In this document: positions 58,375 through 64,000 of the stretch, piece after piece
Layout of the letters: each line of letters starts with the position of its first letter
Numbering within the stretch: position 1 is the stretch's first letter
Assembly (NCBI GenBank): GCA_965261345.1
Contig: OZ253449.1
Coordinates: 1,920,001 to 1,984,000 of the forward strand
Reading direction: 5' to 3'
Length of the DNA stretch: 64,000 bases
Origin: Chloroflexota bacterium
GTDB lineage: Bacteria > Chloroflexota > UBA11872 > VXNJ01
Translations under genes and position numbers: made by a program
The notes under the pieces: generated by a model
What the model saw: only the letters and a program-made list of their open reading frames with translations
What the model was told of the DNA's origin: nothing
The model's database searches: none

Positions 58375-59805
58375 ATGACCCGCCATCCAAATTTAATCAC
58401 TAACGAAATTTGTTTTACGTCGGCGGTGGAGTTGCGCAAGGGTTATGCCAACGGCGCCCTGGGTGTCGTCGAGGTCGCCCGCGCGGTTCTAGACCAGATC
58501 GAACGATTGAACCCGCAACTTAATGCCTTCTATCTGATCTGCGATGACGTAATCGAGCAGGCCGAGCGTTCGCAAACCCGAATCGATTCCGGCACCGCGG
58601 GTGCGCTTGAGGGAATACCGATTTCGCTCAAAGACCACGTGCTGGTCAAGGGCCTGCGTTCCCCGTTTGGATCACTGGCCGGTGACGAGGGCCCGGCCAC
58701 GGCAGATTCGATCATCTGGGAGCGCATGCGGGCGGCTGGCGCAGTCCTGATCGGCAAGACGATCATGCCGGCCTTCGGCCACATGGGGGTGACCCACGGT
58801 TACCGCTTTGGCATAACCCGCAATCCCTGGAACTTGGCCCACAGCCCCGGCGGATCCTCCGGCGGTGGCGGGGCTGCCGTTGCCAGTGGCATGGGACCGA
58901 TCACGATCGGCACCGACGGCGGCGGGTCGATCCGCATCCCCAGTTCGTTTTCCGGCATATTTGGCCTAAAACCATCGCTCGGGCGGGTCCCGATGTTCCC
59001 AACGATGGGTAATTCGGACCAGCTCTCGCACGGCGGCCCGATGACCCGGACAGTGTCCGATGCAGCCCTCACCCTGGGAGTGATCGCCGGGCCCGACGAG
59101 CGTGACAACATCTCGCTGCCCGGGCCGGTGCCCGACTACCTGGACGGTCTGGACGAACTGGACCCGACCACCGTCAAGATCGCCTATGCTCCCGAGCTCG
59201 GGTTCCTGGCCGTCGACCCGCAGGTCGCTGCGGTTACCCGCGCGGCGATCGACCGGTTGGCCGATGCCGGTTGCCAGATCGAGGAGGTTGGCCAGATCTG
59301 GGACGACCCCACCGAAGAATTCATGAATCTGTTCTGTACCAATTACGCGCTGCGCTCCGGTGATGACCTGGAACGCGATCGGGACCGGCTCGAACCCAGT
59401 TATATCAAGATGGTCGAGCAGGGGCTTTCACTGCCCCGCCGCCAACTTATCGCCGCTGGGGCCAGGCGACGAACCATGGTGGCTGCCGGTCGGGCGTTGT
59501 TTGCCAAAAACGACATCCTGCTCCTTCCGACGGTGGCGATACCGCCGCTGCCGGTCGGGATGAGTGCTCCGCCGGGGCCTGCCGGCGACGAAGGGCCCTT
59601 GTCATGGGTCGCCAACACGTTCGTCTTCAACATGACCGGGTACCCGGCCGCCAGTTGCCCGTGCGGATTTGCCGATGGGCAATTGCCGATCGGCCTGCAG
59701 GTGGTCGGCCCGCGCTTTGCCGATGCCAAGGTGCTTGCCCACAGCCGGTTAATAGAAAAAATTCTGCCCTGGGCCGATCAGGTTCCAGCGGTTGTCGGCA
59801 GCTGA
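58375..59805 (+). CDS. Amidase signature family enzyme
   Basis: GIPISLKD, PGGSSGG, GTDGGGSIRIP. Confidence 0.92.
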   Translation: MTRHPNLITNEICFTSAVELRKGYANGALGVVEVARAVLDQIERLNPQLNAFYLICDDVIEQAERSQTRIDSGTAGALEGIPISLKDHVLVKGLRSPFGSLAGDEGPATADSIIWERMRAAGAVLIGKTIMPAFGHMGVTHGYRFGITRNPWNLAHSPGGSSGGGGAAVASGMGPITIGTDGGGSIRIPSSFSGIFGLKPSLGRVPMFPTMGNSDQLSHGGPMTRTVSDAALTLGVIAGPDERDNISLPGPVPDYLDGLDELDPTTVKIAYAPELGFLAVDPQVAAVTRAAIDRLADAGCQIEEVGQIWDDPTEEFMNLFCTNYALRSGDDLERDRDRLEPSYIKMVEQGLSLPRRQLIAAGARRRTMVAAGRALFAKNDILLLPTVAIPPLPVGMSAPPGPAGDEGPLSWVANTFVFNMTGYPAASCPCGFADGQLPIGLQVVGPRFADAKVLAHSRLIEKILPWADQVPAVVGS

Positions 59806-59860
59806 CCACCCGAACCCGCCGGCATCTTTTAAGGGAACCGGAAATTGCCGACGGCTAGCG

Positions 59861-61105
59861 CTAGCTGATCCCTAGCGCGGCATCAATCGGTGCCTGGTAG
59901 GCGTAAGCCTGCTTGGCTATGACCTCGTCGGGGTCGACCGGACGACCGGCGGCGTTGGATTCGAGCTGCGCGTAGGCCAGTGCCAGGTCGCGCAGCCCCT
60001 GGCGACCATCGCATTCGGGTCGACGCTTTCCGTCGCTGGCGATGGCGTCCAGAAAGTTGGCAAATTGCAGTCCGAATTCATGCTCGATCCCCATCGGGAA
60101 CCAGCTCTCGAGCAGCCCCTGGTCGGCCTCGTGCTCAAGCAGTTCGATCACGTCCTGCTGCACGCCGTTGCGATCGGTAAGGACCGGGCCGATTACCGAT
60201 CCTGAACTTCCGTAGTAGGCGGTAACTATCGGCTGGTCAAGCGGGTCGCCGTGCAGGCCCCGGACGATAAGCAATTGACCGTAACCGCCGCCGACAAAAC
60301 GGAGCTGCGAAATGCAGAAATCGTCGGATTCATCATCGACCCGTTCGTAGTCTGATTGCGCATCGGGGGCAATCTTTTGACTTTCCAGAGTGTCGGTGTA
60401 GGCCGACACCTGCCCGATGGGGCCGGCCACGTATTCGAGCACGTGCAGCCGGTGGACCCCCAGGTCAACCGCGGTGTTGGAGCCGACCCGGTCGCGGATG
60501 TGGCGCCAGACCCCGCCCGACCCAAGGGTTGGCGACCTGCCCGGTACGCCCATTTCACGGTGCAGCGCGAAACTGAACTGGCCGATGTGGCCGTTGGCCA
60601 AGGCCCAGTGCTGGGCGCGGTGCAATTTGATGTGGCGGGCCATTTCGGCCACTGCCAGGACGCATCCGGCCCGGTCGGCGGCATCGACCATGAGCTGCCC
60701 GGCCGCGGTTGTGATTGCCATCGGCTTTTCCACCAAGGCGTGCACGCCGGCGCCAAAACAGTCGAGCGCCATCACGTGGTGCTGGCCGGTTTGGGTGAGC
60801 ACCAAGGCTGCGTCAACTACGTCATCGTCGAGCATCTTCCGATAGTCGGTATAGACGGCGGGCCGGTGCTCCTGCAGCTGGCTAACGTAACTGTGAGGGG
60901 TCGACATCGGATTGGCCGGGTCCGAGACGGCCGGCTCGCGCGGGGTGACCCCGTCCTCGGGCGAACGGAACATGAGCGCGTTTTCAATGTGTCCCGAGCA
61001 CAACGCGGTAATCGTCGCTTCGGCCACGCCCTTCTCCAGGACCTGCCCGATTCCGGCCAGATGGGCCGGCAGGACCCGCCCGCATCCAATAACTCCGATT
61101 CGCAT
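59861..61105 (-). CDS. Gfo/Idh/MocA oxidoreductase
   Basis: IGVIGCG, VEKPMA, DLGVH. Confidence 0.85.
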   Translation of the reverse strand: MRIGVIGCGRVLPAHLAGIGQVLEKGVAEATITALCSGHIENALMFRSPEDGVTPREPAVSDPANPMSTPHSYVSQLQEHRPAVYTDYRKMLDDDVVDAALVLTQTGQHHVMALDCFGAGVHALVEKPMAITTAAGQLMVDAADRAGCVLAVAEMARHIKLHRAQHWALANGHIGQFSFALHREMGVPGRSPTLGSGGVWRHIRDRVGSNTAVDLGVHRLHVLEYVAGPIGQVSAYTDTLESQKIAPDAQSDYERVDDESDDFCISQLRFVGGGYGQLLIVRGLHGDPLDQPIVTAYYGSSGSVIGPVLTDRNGVQQDVIELLEHEADQGLLESWFPMGIEHEFGLQFANFLDAIASDGKRRPECDGRQGLRDLALAYAQLESNAAGRPVDPDEVIAKQAYAYQAPIDAALGIS

Positions 61106-61270
61106 CAAAAGCGCTCCATATTTTGTTACCGCGCGAACTGGTGCGACCTTAGGTGCCACAACCTCCGCCCATTAATTTTGCTCCGTTCCCCCGAGCGCGC
61201 TGGCGATCCCGGTGATAATGGCGCCAGCGTCCCGCGCCCACCTATTTCTCCGAGATTGGAACCACCGTTG

Positions 61271-62230
61271 ATGCAGAAGATCCGCCTTGGAACCACCGAC
61301 CTGCTCGCCACCCCGGTCTGCATTGGCACCAGCGCGCTAGGCGACATGCCCGACACCTACACCTACTCGGTCGATATCGACCGCGCATTGGCGACCGTAC
61401 GGGCAATCTTGGACGGGCCGATCAACTTCCTCGACGTCTCGCGCAATTACGGGCTCGGGCGATCGGAGGAACGGATCGGACGGGTCATTAGGGAACGCGG
61501 CGGGACGCCGGACGGTTTCGTGCTATCGACCAAAGTCGACCGCGACATGGACACCCTGATCCTCGACGCCGGGCAGGTGCGGCGCTCGCTTAGCGAGAGC
61601 CTGGAGGCCCTGGGGTTGGAGAAGGTGGAGATCCTGCATTTGCACGACCCTGAATACGCCGCCGATATCACCCAGATCACCGCGCCCGGCGGGGCCCTGG
61701 ATGAGCTCTTCAAGATCAAAGACGAAGGGTTGGCCGACTACGTTGGCCTGGCTGCCGGCAAGGTTGACGTAATGTTGCCGCTGATTGAGAGCTTTGAATT
61801 TGATTTCATGGTCACCCACAACCGCTTTTCGATCATCAATTCCAACGCCGAACCGCTGATAAATCGGGCGGTTGCCCGGGGAACCGTGGTGCTCAATGCC
61901 GCGCCTTATATGGGTGGTGTCTTGGCCAAGGGTCCTGATGCCTTCCCGCGCATGACCTACATGCCGGCCGGTCCCGAAAAGCTGGACCCGGTCCGCAAAC
62001 TGGAGAGCCTGTGCCGTCGGTATTCAATCCCGCTGGGCGCGGCCGCGCTGCAGTATTCGATCCGCGACCGCCGGGTTGGATCAACGATCTGTGGCGCCTC
62101 GCGGCCCGAACGCATCGCCGAGACGGTCGAATGGGCCACGTTGCCAATTCCGGACGAGTTCTGGGCGGCGGCCCAGATTGAGCCTGACGCGGGCGATCCC
62201 GAGGCCGACCGCGAGTATATGCCCGCCTAG
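61271..62230 (+). CDS. Aldo/keto reductase
   Basis: DVSRNYG, LSTK, SLEALG, LHLHDP, AAALQY; the ORF-track 5' extension is antisense shadow. Confidence 0.88.
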   Translation: MQKIRLGTTDLLATPVCIGTSALGDMPDTYTYSVDIDRALATVRAILDGPINFLDVSRNYGLGRSEERIGRVIRERGGTPDGFVLSTKVDRDMDTLILDAGQVRRSLSESLEALGLEKVEILHLHDPEYAADITQITAPGGALDELFKIKDEGLADYVGLAAGKVDVMLPLIESFEFDFMVTHNRFSIINSNAEPLINRAVARGTVVLNAAPYMGGVLAKGPDAFPRMTYMPAGPEKLDPVRKLESLCRRYSIPLGAAALQYSIRDRRVGSTICGASRPERIAETVEWATLPIPDEFWAAAQIEPDAGDPEADREYMPA

Positions 62231-62270
62231 GCTGTCCAACCACGAGCATTGCGATGGCGGCCGATTCGAA

Positions 62271-64000
62271 CTATCCGGCTGGGCTGATCGCCGGCGGCTC
62301 GATCGGGATAGATACCAGGAAGCGCGTAAATTCCCCCGGTTCCGATTCAACGGTAATCGTTCCGCCGCGGCGGGCGACGATATCGTTCGATATCGAAAGT
62401 CCCAACCCGGTGCCTTTGTCCGGAGGCTTGGTCGTAAAGAACGGGTTAAAAATCTTGCCGACCAGGTCGGTCGGAATCCCGGCGCCGTTGTCCCAGACGG
62501 CGATCTTGGCCTGACCGTTTTCGCGCTTGGCGGTAACCCTGATGGTCGGGCCATTCTCTTCAGACGACGATTTGCTAGTTGGCCGGCCGTTTTGCCAGTG
62601 CGCGTAGGCAGCATCGCAGGCGTTGGCGACCAGGTTCAGCAGCACCCTGCCCATGTCTTGCGAGACCAGACTGATCTCTCCGAGTTCGTCATCTAAGTCC
62701 TCGACCACGTCTATGTTGAGGTCGGGATTGCGGCTGCGGGCGGCCTGGTAGGCCAGCTTGGTGTGCAGGGTGACCAATTGACACACGTCGGTGGCCTGCA
62801 TTTCGTCACCGGACCCTCGCCCCATCCGCAGCATGTTGGTCACGATGTTTTCGGCGCGGTCGCCGTGACTGCGGATTCGGCCCAGATTTTCGGCCAGGTC
62901 GCCGGCGATCTCGATTATCAGTTCACGCCCCGCCTGGCCTATCTGGCCGGCCTCGGGGTCAACGATTTCGGTCAATTCCTCGATCAGTTCCTCAGAACCT
63001 TCCGAGAAATTCTTTACGAAATTGAGAGGGTTTCTGATCTCATGGGCAACCGCCGCGGTCAGCTCGCCCAACGCCGCCAGTTTTTCCTGGGCCACAACCT
63101 GCCCCTGCGCCCTGCGCAGTTGCTCAAGCGTCGTTTCCAGCTCATCGTTCTTAGATTGGAGCTGTCCGGCCAGCTGCTCCACTAGGTTGAGCCGTTGCAC
63201 TTCGAGGGCGTGGCGCCGAAACACTTCAAGCGCCCGGGCCATTTCAGCAATCTCGTCCTGGCCACGCAGGATTACTCGCGCTTCCAGATCACCGCCGGCC
63301 AATTGCCGCATCCAGTTGGACATAAGGCCGATCCGCCGCGATAGGATCCTGCCGACGTAGAAGTAGGCGATCAACACGCCGCCGACGATCGCAAAAATGG
63401 AAATGAAGATCAATAGAACCCTGCCGATGAGGATCGATTGCCGCGACTGCTCGGTGGTAACGTTCGACAGTGCCAAAGCGTCTTGTACCAGGCCGTCAAC
63501 TTCCGCACCCAGGATCTGCGAGGTTATTCGGGTACGGGCCAGCAGTTCGGCTTGCTGTCCACCAAGCCGCAGTCTGCGCTCCAGCAAGTCGAACCCGCCG
63601 CCGTTGGCCAGCGCCAATCCGTCAAGCCTTCCGAAGATCGGGTCCAGGAACCCTCGCACGGGAGCATTGGCAAGACCGGCCAGGCCCAATTCGATTCGCT
63701 CGGCGGCGGCCTCATAGCGTTCCCGAATTGGTTCGAGGGTGGCGGCGTCGGTGAGGGTGAAAGCCGACGCCAACAGTTGCCCGGCAATCTCGGCATCGGC
63801 CTGAATTTCGGCCAGCCGCCGATAGGTAGTGAGTTCGAGCTGAGTGAAGTACTCACCCTCGGGGTGAGCTTGCAATTGCCCGGGCGCGCCCCTCAGGCCC
63901 GTGGCGAGGTAGAAGAGTTGGTCGTCGATCGCCGGCGCCAGATAGTTGTCCAGGTCGGCACGCAGAATTGCCACCTGGTTGGAGAATGCGGCAATTTCGT
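62271..64000 (-). CDS. Membrane sensor histidine kinase (helical extracytoplasmic sensor, HAMP, HisKA, HATPase); 5' end outside the window
   Basis: TM helix, DEIAEMARAL, AHEIRNPL, NLVANA, DNGAG, FFTTK, GTGLGL. Confidence 0.9.
   Translation of the reverse strand, partial: EIAAFSNQVAILRADLDNYLAPAIDDQLFYLATGLRGAPGQLQAHPEGEYFTQLELTTYRRLAEIQADAEIAGQLLASAFTLTDAATLEPIRERYEAAAERIELGLAGLANAPVRGFLDPIFGRLDGLALANGGGFDLLERRLRLGGQQAELLARTRITSQILGAEVDGLVQDALALSNVTTEQSRQSILIGRVLLIFISIFAIVGGVLIAYFYVGRILSRRIGLMSNWMRQLAGGDLEARVILRGQDEIAEMARALEVFRRHALEVQRLNLVEQLAGQLQSKNDELETTLEQLRRAQGQVVAQEKLAALGELTAAVAHEIRNPLNFVKNFSEGSEELIEELTEIVDPEAGQIGQAGRELIIEIAGDLAENLGRIRSHGDRAENIVTNMLRMGRGSGDEMQATDVCQLVTLHTKLAYQAARSRNPDLNIDVVEDLDDELGEISLVSQDMGRVLLNLVANACDAAYAHWQNGRPTSKSSSEENGPTIRVTAKRENGQAKIAVWDNGAGIPTDLVGKIFNPFFTTKPPDKGTGLGLSISNDIVARRGGTITVESEPGEFTRFLVSIPIEPPAISPAG

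Noticed and set aside
60356-61270. Apparent 305-aa N-terminal fusion on the aldo/keto reductase
   Set aside because: Overlaps the minus-strand Gfo gene; the AKR fold starts at ATG 61271
1-64000. CRISPR arrays, IS elements, prophage or defence systems
   Set aside because: No spaced direct repeats, transposases, integrases or phage genes seen by eye; a repeat finder would be needed to exclude short dispersed repeats

Overview
GC-rich bacterial chromosomal segment with about 50 CDS and one tRNA-Thr(TGT); I saw no mobile elements, CRISPR arrays or rRNA. The gene content suggests a monoderm heterotroph, possibly Chloroflexota-like (inference only): FemX-like bridge transferase, MurT/GatD, Tat lipoproteins, futalosine pathway, and expanded sulfatase, PhyH and Gfo families. 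Blocks: (1) 0-11 kb housekeeping and cell wall (iscA-like, murE, femX-like, menG, polyprenyl synthase, tatD, metG, pepF-like, murT-gatD). (2) 11-16 kb a divergent split Rieske/cytochrome b complex led by a GltD/NfnB-like Fe-S flavoprotein. (3) 17-39 kb a catabolic island with a sugar ABC transporter, beta-propeller lipoproteins, GH51, dehydrogenases, DsbA/VKOR and six cytoplasmic sulfatase-family genes. Three of these carry Thr instead of Cys/Ser at the formylglycine position (T-I-P-x-R), and one of those three is frameshifted. (4) 39-47 kb hsp20 with a clear promoter, an inositol/cyclitol-like cluster with tandem PhyH dioxygenases, and a decayed Gfo paralog. (5) 47-64 kb sulfurtransferase, class IV aminotransferase/acetoacetate genes, mqnE-A-C-D, amidase, oxidoreductases and a truncated histidine kinase. 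The best candidates for new biology are the Thr-type sulfatase-like gene string and the flavoprotein-linked Rieske/cyt b complex. All calls come from motif recognition by eye; no searches were run, and start codons are best estimates.
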